A stretch of 41,474 bases of DNA from Tepidiformales bacterium (GTDB lineage: Bacteria > Chloroflexota > Dehalococcoidia > Tepidiformales > Tepidiformaceae). The stretch lies in NCBI GenBank assembly GCA_038256595.1, contig JBBSKE010000001.1:1-41474 (forward strand), read 5' to 3'. Both the position numbers and the translations under genes were made by a program. Below the pieces are notes generated by a model, which was not told the origin of the DNA, made no database searches, and saw only the letters and a program-made list of their open reading frames with translations. Of the stretch, positions 8,880 through 17,380 are shown in pieces (within the stretch, counting starts at the first letter, position 1; each line of letters opens with the position of its first letter).

Positions 8880-9227
8880 ATGAAATTCCTGCTGCTTATC
8901 TACACCGCCGAAAAGAATGATCCTCAGCCCGGCACGCCCGAGGGCGATGCCACCTGGGCCGCCTATGGCGCCTTCACCCAGGAAGTCATGGGGAGCGGCA
9001 AGTTCGTCTCTGGCGAGGCCCTCATGCCGATCGCAAGTGCGAAATCCGCGCGCGTGCGCAACGGCGAATCGCTCGTCACCTCGGGGCCATTCGCCGAAAC
9101 CACCGAGCAGCTTGGCGGCTACTACGCCTTGGATTGCGAGACGATCGACGACGCCGTCGCGTGGGCGCTGAAAATCCCGGGCGCGAAGTACGGCACCATC
9201 GAAGTCCGCCCCGTCATGGAAATGTGA
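8880..9227 (+). CDS. YciI-family (DGPF-domain) protein
   Basis: 115 aa. It reads MKFLLLIY..., SGPFAETTEQLGGYYALDCETIDDAVAWA, ..IEVRPV. A GGAG lies upstream. Confidence 0.85.
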   Translation: MKFLLLIYTAEKNDPQPGTPEGDATWAAYGAFTQEVMGSGKFVSGEALMPIASAKSARVRNGESLVTSGPFAETTEQLGGYYALDCETIDDAVAWALKIPGAKYGTIEVRPVMEM

Positions 9228-9274
9228 ACAGCCGAGGAGTCCGCCAGTGGACCGGATCGTGCATCATCGAACGC

Positions 9275-10522
9275 ATGGAACCGGCCACCTCGGAGGCAAT
9301 CGCTCGCGTGTTCGTCGAAGAACATGGGCGAATCCTGGCGAACCTGATCCGCGTCCTTGGCGACTTCGACCTCGCCGAAGACGCGCTCCAGGAGGCCTGC
9401 GCCAGCGCGATCCGGGCCTGGCCGCGCGATGGGCTGCCCGCCCAACCAGCCGGCTGGCTGCTTGTCGCCGCGAAGCGCAAGGCGATCGACAACCTGCGCC
9501 GCTCGCAACTGCACGAGCGCAAGGTGCGCGAGGCGGCCATTCTCGACGGCCTCGAACAACGGGACACCCCAATGGACGACGACGAATCTGCAATCGGCGA
9601 CGATCGGCTGCGGCTTATCTTCACGTGCTGCCACCCGGCTCTGCCCATGGAGGCGCGCGTCGCACTCACCCTGCGCACCCTCTGCGGGCTCGAAACAGCG
9701 GAGATTGCGCGCGCCTTCCTCGTGCCCGAATCGACCATGGCGCAGCGCATCGTTCGCGCCAAGAAGAAGATCCGGGACGAGCGCATACCCTACGTCGTAC
9801 CCGCCGGGGACGAACTTGCGGGGCGTCTCGATGCCGTGCTCGCGGTCATCTACCTCGTCTTCACCGAAGGCTACGCCGCCACCTCCGGCGCGGCGCTCCT
9901 GCGCGGCGACCTCTGCAGCGAGGCGATTCGTCTCGCCAGGCTGGTAACGAACCTCCTCCCCGGCGAACCGGAGGTGACTGGCCTGCTCGCCCTCTTGCTC
10001 CTCCAGGATGCCCGCCGCGACGCCCGTACCGACGCCGCCGGCGACCTCGTTACCCTCGAAGAGCAGGATCGGTCACTCTGGCGCCGCGAGTCGATCGTCG
10101 AAGGTTCCGCTCTCGTCGAGCGCGCACTCCGCATGGGTCGCGTCGGCCCGTACCAGGTGCAGGCCGCCATCGCCGCCATCCACGACGAGGCAGCGACCCC
10201 CGCCGACGTCGACTGGCAGGAGATTGTGCTGCTCTACGACACGCTCGCGCGGCTCACGCCGGGGCCAATCGTGCAGCTGAATCGCGCGGCGGCGGTCGGC
10301 ATGGCCTTCGGCCCACGCGCCGGGTTGGCCGCCCTCGATGTGCCCGTTCTGGCCGGCCCGCTCGCCGCTTTCCATCTCTATCACGCCGCCCGCGCCGACT
10401 TCTTCCGCCGCCTGGGCGAACGCGACGCCGCCATGGCAGCCTACGAACGCGCACTCGAACTGGTCGAAAACGCGGTCGAGCGGCGCTACATCGAACGGCG
10501 TCTTGCGAAGGTTCGCACCTGA
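9275..10522 (+). CDS. sigma-70 family (ECF-like) RNA polymerase sigma factor with long C-terminal extension
   Basis: ORF 9134..10522(+). The region-2-like segment is DLAEDALQEACASAIRAWPRDG and the region-4 HTH is LCGLETAEIARAFLVPESTMAQRIVRAKKKI. A helical C-terminal domain of about 230 aa follows. The start is uncertain (ATG 9275 or GTG 9224). Confidence 0.8.
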   Translation: MEPATSEAIARVFVEEHGRILANLIRVLGDFDLAEDALQEACASAIRAWPRDGLPAQPAGWLLVAAKRKAIDNLRRSQLHERKVREAAILDGLEQRDTPMDDDESAIGDDRLRLIFTCCHPALPMEARVALTLRTLCGLETAEIARAFLVPESTMAQRIVRAKKKIRDERIPYVVPAGDELAGRLDAVLAVIYLVFTEGYAATSGAALLRGDLCSEAIRLARLVTNLLPGEPEVTGLLALLLLQDARRDARTDAAGDLVTLEEQDRSLWRRESIVEGSALVERALRMGRVGPYQVQAAIAAIHDEAATPADVDWQEIVLLYDTLARLTPGPIVQLNRAAAVGMAFGPRAGLAALDVPVLAGPLAAFHLYHAARADFFRRLGERDAAMAAYERALELVENAVERRYIERRLAKVRT

Positions 10523-10609
10523 CGAACGAAATTTTCGAAGGCGCCGGGGGTGCGCCCTGTGCCGTATCGCGTAGAATCCGGCCCTGAACGGCTCCCGGAG
10601 ATGACTAAA

Positions 10610-13045
10610 ATGACCAAACCACTCGACGGCATTCGCGTAATCGACTTCAGCATCGGCCAGGCAGGCGGCATGGCGACCATGATCATGGCCGACTTCGGCG
10701 CAGAGGTGATCAAGGTCGAACCGCCCGGCGGCGACCCACAGCGCAGCCTCGCCAACTCCCCGGTGTGGCTTCGCGGCAAGCAGAGCGTGATTTGCGACCT
10801 GGCGACCCCCGAAGGCAACGCACGAGCGCGAGAACTCGCAGCCGGCGCTGACGTCGTCATCACTACGACGCCCCACGAGCAGGCTGCCGAACTCGGCATC
10901 GGCTACGAGCAGCTTTCGGCGACGAACCCGGGGCTGGTCTACGGCCATGTCAGCGGATTCGGGTCGAGCGGCCCTTACAAGAATTACCCGGCCTATGAAG
11001 GCGTGGTGGCGGCGAAATCGGGCCGCATGAAGGCGTTCTCCGGCATCCCGGAGCGGCCCGGCCCGGCCTTCGCAGCAGTCCAGATCGGCACCCACGCCGC
11101 CTCCCAGTCGCTGCTCTCAGGCGTCATAGCAGCCCTCATCGAGCGCGACAATTCCGGCCGCGGCCAGCTGGTTGAGGCCAGCCTCCTGCAGGGCATGATG
11201 CCCTACGACCTCGCCGCCCTGGTGCGCACCCAGCTCGTCGCCCGCAACCCCGAGGCGTTCATCAACGACCCGTTCGCAGCGATGGCCAACGCTGTCCTCC
11301 GCATGCCGACCTTGAATTATCACCCGGTGCAGGCGAAAGACGGCCGCTGGCTGCAGCTCGGCAACCTCCTCCAGCACCTCTTCGACAACTTCCTCTCGGC
11401 CGCCGACCTCGCCGACGTCTATGCGGATGAGCGCTACCAGGGCCCGCCACCGACCTGGACCCCCGACGACCGCGAGGCCTTCCGCGACCGCATGCTCACC
11501 CGTATGCGCGAACTCGACAGCGACGAGTGGATGAAGATCTTCATCGAGAACGGCGGCGTGGTCGCGACCGACTACCGCCCGGCCGAGGCCGCACTCGACG
11601 ACCACGACCTCATCGACAACGGCCACGTCCTGGTCCAGGATCACCCGATCGTCGGCAGACTGCGCAGCGTTGGTGCGCTGGCGACCCTCGAAGAGACTCC
11701 TGCCGAACCTGGCGGCCCTTCGCACGAAGCCGGCGCCGACCAGGACGCTGTCACTCCCCGTTCGACCCCGGTCGTCAATGCCTCGGGCGATGCCACGAAG
11801 GCCCCGCTCGCCGGCGTCACCGTGCTCGAATTCGCCACGATTATCGCCGCGCCGCTCGGCGTCTCCTTCCTCGGCGACCTCGGCGCGCGCATCATCAAGG
11901 TCGAACCGGTCGGTGGCGACCCGTATCGCGGGATGGGCATCCACGGCATCCAGGCGGCGCGCACGAACCAGTCCAAGGAGAGCATCGCTCTCGACCTGAA
12001 GACTGCCGAGGCGCGCGACATCGTCCAGAAGCTGGTAGCGAAGGCGGACATCATCATCCACAACTACCGCCCCGGCGTGCCCGAGCGGCTCGGCATCGGC
12101 TACGAAGATGCGAAGCGGCTCAACCCGAAGATCGTCTACCTCTCGGTCAACGGCTACGGTCCCAAGGGTCCGGGTGCACACCGGCCATCGACCCACCCGA
12201 TCCCCGGTGCGGCCCTCGGCGGCGCGCTCGCACAGGTCGGCAAGGGTCGCCCGCCCGGCTTCTGCGACACCATCGAAGAGGTGCGCCTCGCCTCCGAAAA
12301 GCTGATGCGCGCGAACGAAGCGAACCCAGACCCGAACACCTCGATGGTCGTCTGCTCGTCCGCAATGCTCGGGCTCGCGGCGGCAAAGCGGCACGGCATC
12401 GGCCAGCAGATCTTCATCGATATGCTCGGCGCGAACGCTTACGCCAATGTCGATGGCTTCCTCGATTACGAAGGCAAGCCGCCGCGCGCGGTGCCAGACC
12501 ACGACCTCTACGGCACGTCCGCGACGAATCGCCTCTACGAAGCGGCCGAGGACTCGTGGGTCTTCCTGGCCCTCCCGACCGACGCCGAGTTCGCGAAGTT
12601 CTGTGAAGTCGCCGGGGTCACACGTTGGCTCGAAGACACGCGCTTCTGCACGGCTGGCGCCCGCGCCACCTACGAAGACACCCTCGCGGGCGAACTCGCC
12701 CAGGTCATCAAGACGCGCACCGCGGACGAATGGGAAGCGACCCTCGCGACCCAGGGACTCGGCTGCGTGCGCGCCGACGGCCCACTCCCAGGCGACTTCT
12801 GGGCGACTGACCCGCACGTCCGCGAGAACAATTTCGTGGTCGAAACGCCGCATCCGCGCTACGGCAACTACCTGCGCTGGGGGCCGATGGTGCGGATGAG
12901 CCGCTCGCCGCTCACCCCGACCGGCGCCTGCCTCGCGGGTGACCACACCGACGACATCCTCGCCGACCTCGGCTTCGGCGCCGACGACATCGCCAGCCTC
13001 CGCGCTCGCGGCATCGCCTGGTCCGAAGCCATCAACCCCATCTAA
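10610..13045 (+). CDS. tandem-duplicated family III CoA-transferase (two CaiB/BaiF modules in one polypeptide)
   Basis: ORF 10550..13045(+). Module 1 opens with LDGIRVIDFSIGQAGGMATMIMADFGAEVIKVEPPGGDP. After a Pro/Ala/Thr-rich linker (ETPAEPGGPSHEAGADQDAVTPRSTPVVNASGDATKAP), module 2 opens with LAGVTVLEFATIIAAPLGVSFLGDLGARIIKVEPVGGDPYR. The start is placed at ATG 10610, with GGAG 9 nt upstream. Confidence 0.85.
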   Translation: MTKPLDGIRVIDFSIGQAGGMATMIMADFGAEVIKVEPPGGDPQRSLANSPVWLRGKQSVICDLATPEGNARARELAAGADVVITTTPHEQAAELGIGYEQLSATNPGLVYGHVSGFGSSGPYKNYPAYEGVVAAKSGRMKAFSGIPERPGPAFAAVQIGTHAASQSLLSGVIAALIERDNSGRGQLVEASLLQGMMPYDLAALVRTQLVARNPEAFINDPFAAMANAVLRMPTLNYHPVQAKDGRWLQLGNLLQHLFDNFLSAADLADVYADERYQGPPPTWTPDDREAFRDRMLTRMRELDSDEWMKIFIENGGVVATDYRPAEAALDDHDLIDNGHVLVQDHPIVGRLRSVGALATLEETPAEPGGPSHEAGADQDAVTPRSTPVVNASGDATKAPLAGVTVLEFATIIAAPLGVSFLGDLGARIIKVEPVGGDPYRGMGIHGIQAARTNQSKESIALDLKTAEARDIVQKLVAKADIIIHNYRPGVPERLGIGYEDAKRLNPKIVYLSVNGYGPKGPGAHRPSTHPIPGAALGGALAQVGKGRPPGFCDTIEEVRLASEKLMRANEANPDPNTSMVVCSSAMLGLAAAKRHGIGQQIFIDMLGANAYANVDGFLDYEGKPPRAVPDHDLYGTSATNRLYEAAEDSWVFLALPTDAEFAKFCEVAGVTRWLEDTRFCTAGARATYEDTLAGELAQVIKTRTADEWEATLATQGLGCVRADGPLPGDFWATDPHVRENNFVVETPHPRYGNYLRWGPMVRMSRSPLTPTGACLAGDHTDDILADLGFGADDIASLRARGIAWSEAINPI

Positions 13046-13132
13046 GGGTCACAAATCCGTCCGAGCCCCGACTGGCATGGAGGGGGGCGTTTCCGCGTGG
13101 CAACGATCTTCTCACCCGGCGCCCCTCCTGCC

Positions 13133-15916
13133 CTACGCGAAGACCGCGTCCGACGGCGTGATTCGGATTTTCTCTGGCGTTAGGCCCAGTGCGCGCGCGC
13201 CGATGACCTGGTCCTCCGCCAGCAGCTCTGCCGGCTTTTCGACGCCCGCGTAATCGATGGTCGAGAACTCTCCCGAGAGCAGCTCGTCGCGCAGGGCGGC
13301 GCCGTCCTTCGTGATGAAGACCGCGTGCAGGTTCGTCGCCGAGAAATGCTCGCGGACGGCCGCATTCACGCTATCGAGGGTTAGCGCCTCGAGCCGCGAC
13401 CGCATCTCGCCGACGAACTCGGGCATGCCGTACCAGTCGCTATCGATCGCCGTGCCGAGCTGCTGGTCCTGCGTCTTCGTCAGCAGGAAGACGTTCTTCA
13501 AGAGGTACTCGCGCGTGTTCTCGAAGTCCTCGGCGGAGAGGCCGCGCGTGATGAGGCCATCGACTTCGTGCAGCGCCGCCTTGAACGCGAACACCGCCTG
13601 CTCCGGCGGAACCGGTCGAATCCAGACCTCGAAGAGCTGCGACTGGCGCACGAGGTTCGCATCCGGGAAGAAGCCGTACATTCCGCGCGGGAAGGCCTCG
13701 ATGTAGGCGTAGTTGCCGTAGTTCAGGCCGCGCAACTCGCGCAGCTGCTGGAAGAGCCGCCCATTCGATGCCCGGTGCTCGCCGAGCCAGGAGCGCGCAA
13801 GCCAGAGCGCCGCGAATTCCCGGTCCTTACGCGTCACTTTCAGCGGGTGGCCGAAGGAGATGGCCGTCGCGCGCGTCTCTTTCGCGATGATTTCGACCTC
13901 GATGCCGTTCGGCACGACCGCGCGCACCGTCGGCGGCACTGGTGGGTCGCCAGCTGGCAGCTTGCCGAGTTCAATTCGCAGCCGCGTCTCAAACGCGACC
14001 GGGACATCGCCCGCGAGGCCCGTGCGCAGGTTTGCGCGCGTGTAGTGCGCGGTGATGAACGCGCGCACATCATCGAGCGTGATGGCGCCGATCCCGGAGA
14101 CGGTGCCGAGCGACGGGTGCCCGTAGGCGCTGCCCGCGAAGGCGTTTGTCTGCAACCGCTCCTTGCCGAACTCCTCGTCGTTGTTCGTGCGAAGGTCCTG
14201 GATGAGCGCGTTTCGCTGCTCGTCCTTGAGCCGCTCGAAGTCGCTTTCGCGGAACCCGGGCGAGTTGAGCTGCTCGAAGGCGATGTTCGAAAACGCTTCG
14301 AGGTTGTCCCTGTGGATGACCCCGGTGAAGGTGACCAGCTCCTTATCGACGTCCGCACTGAACGACCCGGCCATCGGGAAGAGTGCCTTCGTAATCTCGT
14401 CGATGCGGCGGCTGGTGCTGCCGGCTTCGGTGATCATGCTCGCAGCGAGCATCGCGAGGCCCTCTTTACCCAGCGGGTCGTGCGCGGAACCGGCCTCGAA
14501 GGCCAGCTTGAACCGCAGCAGCGTCGAAGGCGAAGGTTGGCGAATCACCACGAGCGCGGCATCGGCCGGGGCCTCCAGCGGCGGCGAGATGGCCGGGATG
14601 TCGCCCAATCCCTCGACCACGCCGTTTGCAAGCGTCGCCTGGACGACGTTCTCGTCGCGCAGGTAGCGCTTCGCTGCCAGTTCGACGTCGGCCGGCGTGA
14701 GCGCGTCATACATCCGGTAGAGCCCGTTCAAGGTGTCATAATCGCGCTCGTAGCGAACGAATCGCGCGAGCGTCGAGGCGATCGATTCCGAATTGTCGAG
14801 CGTGCGGGCGAAGGCGTAACGGTTGTACGACTTCACGTCCGCCAGCTTCTTCGGGTCGACGGTCGAGTTCGCCGCACGCCCGAATTCGGCGACGATCCGG
14901 TCGCGCACGTTCGCCACGTTCGAGTGGTCCTTTACGCGTGCCACGATGGTCGCGAGGCCCGGGTCCTGGCTGCCGCCGAAATAGGCGAAGAATTGGTCGA
15001 CCTTCTGCTCCTCTTCCACCAGTTCGCGGTAGAGGTCCGAGGTCTGGCCGAAGTGGATATCGAGCAGGGCGTCGAGGGCCGCATATTCGCGGTTCGCCGG
15101 GAGGAATCCGGGACCGTGCACGGCGACCGTCAGCAGCGGCAGGGTCGGCGCTGGCCAGTCGTGATGGACCGCGACCGCGCGCGATGCCGGCGCCTCAATC
15201 GGGATGTCGACCGTGAACGTGCCGCGCTCCCAGGCCGCCCAGTACTTTTCGACCAGCGGCAGCGCTGTCTCCGGGTTCACGTCGCCGGCGATGATGATTG
15301 TCGTGTATTCGGGCCGGTACCAGCGGTCGAAGAAGGTGCGCGAATACTCGAACTGGTTCGGCATGTCTTCGATGTCTCGAAGGAACCCCATCGTTGTGTG
15401 CTGGTACGTGTGCGTGCTGTAGGCGTGCTCGCGCTGCACCTCAATGAGCTTCGAAAGCGGCTCGGAGCTGCTCTTGTTGTATTCGCCGAGAATAGCGCGT
15501 GCTTCTGTGCGAAAATCCGCCTCCGAATACTTGAGGTTCATGAAGCGGTCAGCTTCGATCTCGAGGATCTGTTCGAGGTCTTCGGCGGCGAAGGTCATGT
15601 GGTAGTTCGTGTAGTCGTCGGTGGTGTAGGCGTTCTGGCGGGCGCCGGCGCGAGTGACAATCGCCTGGTAGGCGTGCGCGGGATAGCGGTCAGTGCCCCG
15701 GAACATCATGTGTTCGAAGAAGTGCGCGAACCCGGATTTTCCCGGCTCGACTTCGTTCCGCGAGCCGGTTTGCACGGGAATCTGGAGCGAGACGATGTTC
15801 GGGAAGCCGGTGGCCAGGATGATGACCCGCAGGCCGTTTTCGAGCGTCGCTTCTGTGGCCGGGAAAGGGAGGATGTCGCCCTCCCCGGGCGTAATGATTC
15901 GCACCTGCGTCGGCAT
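13133..15916 (-). CDS. M16-family zinc metallopeptidase (insulinase-like, double-length ~927 aa)
   Basis: ORF 13133..16192(-). The inverted zinc motif is HFFEHMMFRGT (HxxEH), and the length fits two M16 domain pairs. I trimmed the start to ATG 15916 (MPTQVRIITPG..), preceded by AGGGGA. The upstream 92 codons of the track ORF read through the tRNA-Pro gene in antisense. Confidence 0.85.
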   Translation of the reverse strand: MPTQVRIITPGEGDILPFPATEATLENGLRVIILATGFPNIVSLQIPVQTGSRNEVEPGKSGFAHFFEHMMFRGTDRYPAHAYQAIVTRAGARQNAYTTDDYTNYHMTFAAEDLEQILEIEADRFMNLKYSEADFRTEARAILGEYNKSSSEPLSKLIEVQREHAYSTHTYQHTTMGFLRDIEDMPNQFEYSRTFFDRWYRPEYTTIIIAGDVNPETALPLVEKYWAAWERGTFTVDIPIEAPASRAVAVHHDWPAPTLPLLTVAVHGPGFLPANREYAALDALLDIHFGQTSDLYRELVEEEQKVDQFFAYFGGSQDPGLATIVARVKDHSNVANVRDRIVAEFGRAANSTVDPKKLADVKSYNRYAFARTLDNSESIASTLARFVRYERDYDTLNGLYRMYDALTPADVELAAKRYLRDENVVQATLANGVVEGLGDIPAISPPLEAPADAALVVIRQPSPSTLLRFKLAFEAGSAHDPLGKEGLAMLAASMITEAGSTSRRIDEITKALFPMAGSFSADVDKELVTFTGVIHRDNLEAFSNIAFEQLNSPGFRESDFERLKDEQRNALIQDLRTNNDEEFGKERLQTNAFAGSAYGHPSLGTVSGIGAITLDDVRAFITAHYTRANLRTGLAGDVPVAFETRLRIELGKLPAGDPPVPPTVRAVVPNGIEVEIIAKETRATAISFGHPLKVTRKDREFAALWLARSWLGEHRASNGRLFQQLRELRGLNYGNYAYIEAFPRGMYGFFPDANLVRQSQLFEVWIRPVPPEQAVFAFKAALHEVDGLITRGLSAEDFENTREYLLKNVFLLTKTQDQQLGTAIDSDWYGMPEFVGEMRSRLEALTLDSVNAAVREHFSATNLHAVFITKDGAALRDELLSGEFSTIDYAGVEKPAELLAEDQVIGARALGLTPEKIRITPSDAVFA

Positions 15917-16045
15917 GCTGGCTATCCCCTGGTCGAGTTTCGCGGCGGTTCTCCCGCCCGTGATTATCGTAGAGGCTGGGCTGCTCCCGTGCGCGCCTGC
16001 CCGGTTGGCCCCTGCGGAAAGGTGCTGATATGCTTTCACTCGTAC

Positions 16046-16122
16046 CGGGGTGTAGCTCAGCCTGGTAGAGTGCTTCGTTCGGGACGAAGAGGCCACAGGT
16101 TCGAATCCTGTCACCCCGACCA
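16046..16122 (+). tRNA. tRNA-Pro (anticodon CGG), CCA encoded
   Basis: CGGGGTG TA GCTC AGCCTGGTA GAGT G CTTCG TTCGGGA CGAAG AGGCC ACAGG TTCGAATCCTGT CACCCCG A CCA. The 7-bp acceptor stem is perfect, the T-loop is GGTTCGAATCC, and the anticodon loop TT-CGG-GA has G37. The antisense translation VGVTGFEPV.. in the ORF track is the classic tRNA shadow. Confidence 0.95.
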
Positions 16123-16178
16123 CGAGAAACTTGCGTACGGACCCAGCAATGTGGCCCGTTCCCGATTCGCAACGAGAA

Positions 16179-16208
16179 AGCCCTGGCATCACGCGCAGGG
16201 CTTTTTTG
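16179..16208 (+). terminator. rho-independent terminator downstream of tRNA-Pro
   Basis: The stem AGCCCTG / CAGGGCT has a 10-nt loop and is followed by TTTTTTG. Confidence 0.75.
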
Positions 16209-16368
16209 TGTCTCGAATCGTGGGCGTTCGAGCGGGCGAAACGAGGATTGTCGCCCGTGCTACTGTGTCCTCGTTCCGGTCTGCCTCGAGATGCCCGGCC
16301 AGCCGGCGATGGCTCCGGTGGTACAATTTCGGCCGCGGCAGCGACTTCGCGAACGGCGGGCAGGAACC

Positions 16369-17361
16369 ATGCGCTACATCATCTACGGGGCCGGGGCGGT
16401 CGGCGGGACCATCGGCGCGCGGCTGGCGATGGCCGGCAAGGATGTCGTCCTCATCTGCCGGGGCGCTCACTACGAAGCCGTCAAGGCGAATGGGCTGCTC
16501 TTCCAGGCGCCCGAAGGCGACACGCTCCTCCACCTCGAGGCGGTGAGCCACCCGCGCGATATCCAGTTCCGCCCGGACGACGTGGTCATCCTCACGACCA
16601 AGACGCACCAGACCGAAGCCGCGCTCAACGATCTCGAAGCCGCCGCCGGCACCGCGGTGCGAGTGGTCTGCGCGCAGAATGGGGTCGAAAACGAACGCCT
16701 GGCCGCGCGCCGCTTCCGCCACGTCTACGGCATGCTCGTCTATCTCCCGGCGCGCCACCTCGTGCCGGGCGAGGTCATGACCTCCGGGTTCCCGGAGAGC
16801 GGCGTCCTCCATGCCGGCTGCTTCCCGGCGGGCGTCGACGATGTCATCACCGAAGTTTGCGCGGACATGACGGCCGCGACCTTCGTGTCCGAGCCCGATC
16901 CTGCCGTGATGCGCATCAAATACGTGAAGCTCATCCACAACCTGACGAACGCGAACGATGTGGTCATCGGCCGGGCCGCCAGTGAGTCACCCGCCGGTCG
17001 CGAGCTTGGCAGACTCGCGCGCGAAGAAGCCGAGGCGGTGCTGTCGGCTGCGAACATCGAAATCGCGCCCCAGGCCGAAGTCGATGAGCGGCTCTTGAAG
17101 TACTACCACTCGACGCCGGTGAAGGGGCAGCCCCACGACGCCAGCTCGACCCTGCAGAGCGTGATGCGCGGCCAATCGACCACCGAGGTGGACTACCTGA
17201 ACGGCGAAATCGTACTCCTCGGCCGAATCCACGGGGTATCGACGCCGGTCAACGCCGTGATTCGCCGCCTGGCCGCCGAATTCGCGCGAGCGGGCCACGC
17301 GCCGATCCCGGTGCAGGACGTTTTTGCCGAAATCGAGCGGGAGCGGCGATTGCATCGCTAA
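16369..17361 (+). CDS. 2-dehydropantoate 2-reductase (ketopantoate reductase, ApbA/PanE family)
   Basis: ORF 16291..17361(+). The Rossmann N-terminus is MRYIIYGAGAVGGTIGARLAMAG. The size (~330 aa) and the C-terminal helical domain with a SS(T/M)LQS-like segment (ASSTLQSVMRG) fit the family. The start is at ATG 16369. Confidence 0.7.
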   Translation: MRYIIYGAGAVGGTIGARLAMAGKDVVLICRGAHYEAVKANGLLFQAPEGDTLLHLEAVSHPRDIQFRPDDVVILTTKTHQTEAALNDLEAAAGTAVRVVCAQNGVENERLAARRFRHVYGMLVYLPARHLVPGEVMTSGFPESGVLHAGCFPAGVDDVITEVCADMTAATFVSEPDPAVMRIKYVKLIHNLTNANDVVIGRAASESPAGRELGRLAREEAEAVLSAANIEIAPQAEVDERLLKYYHSTPVKGQPHDASSTLQSVMRGQSTTEVDYLNGEIVLLGRIHGVSTPVNAVIRRLAAEFARAGHAPIPVQDVFAEIERERRLHR

Positions 17362-17380
17362 TAGAGCCATTGGCGAACCG

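Noticed and set aside
9247-10587. 446-aa ORF, alternative plus-strand frame over the sigma factor gene
   Set aside because: The product is almost entirely Arg/Pro/Gly/Ala (..RRRRAPGGLRQRDPGLAARW..). The neighbouring frame (9275..10522) has clear sigma region 2 and 4 motifs.
11117-12946. 609-aa ORF on the minus strand
   Set aside because: It is antisense to the fused CoA-transferase gene. The plus-strand frame carries two unmistakable CaiB/BaiF N-terminal motifs, while the minus-frame product is R/G/A/V/E-rich with no motifs.
13046-13132. Possible terminator hairpin GGAGGGGGGCG..CGCCCCTCC between the convergent CoA-transferase and M16 genes
   Set aside because: The stem is imperfect with a ~30-nt loop and no U-tract on either strand. 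That is too weak to call.
16046-16122. tRNA-Pro as an integration site for a mobile element or genomic island
   Set aside because: There is no integrase, excisionase or transposase gene on either side, and I found no direct repeat of the tRNA 3' end elsewhere in the window. The flanking genes (M16 peptidase, panE-like) look like core metabolism.
15917-16192. N-terminal 92 codons of the 1019-aa track ORF (M16 peptidase)
   Set aside because: This part translates the reverse complement of tRNA-Pro (..VGVTGFEPVASSSRTKHSTRLSYTP..) and the terminator region. A well-placed ATG with an AGGGGA SD at 15916 starts the conserved peptidase sequence.
13568-16546. 992-aa ORF on the plus strand
   Set aside because: It is antisense to the M16 peptidase gene and runs through the tRNA-Pro gene and its terminator. 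Its composition is dominated by R/G/V/A/E (RRRR.., GDGRR..) and it has no recognisable motif. This is the typical high-GC antisense shadow.
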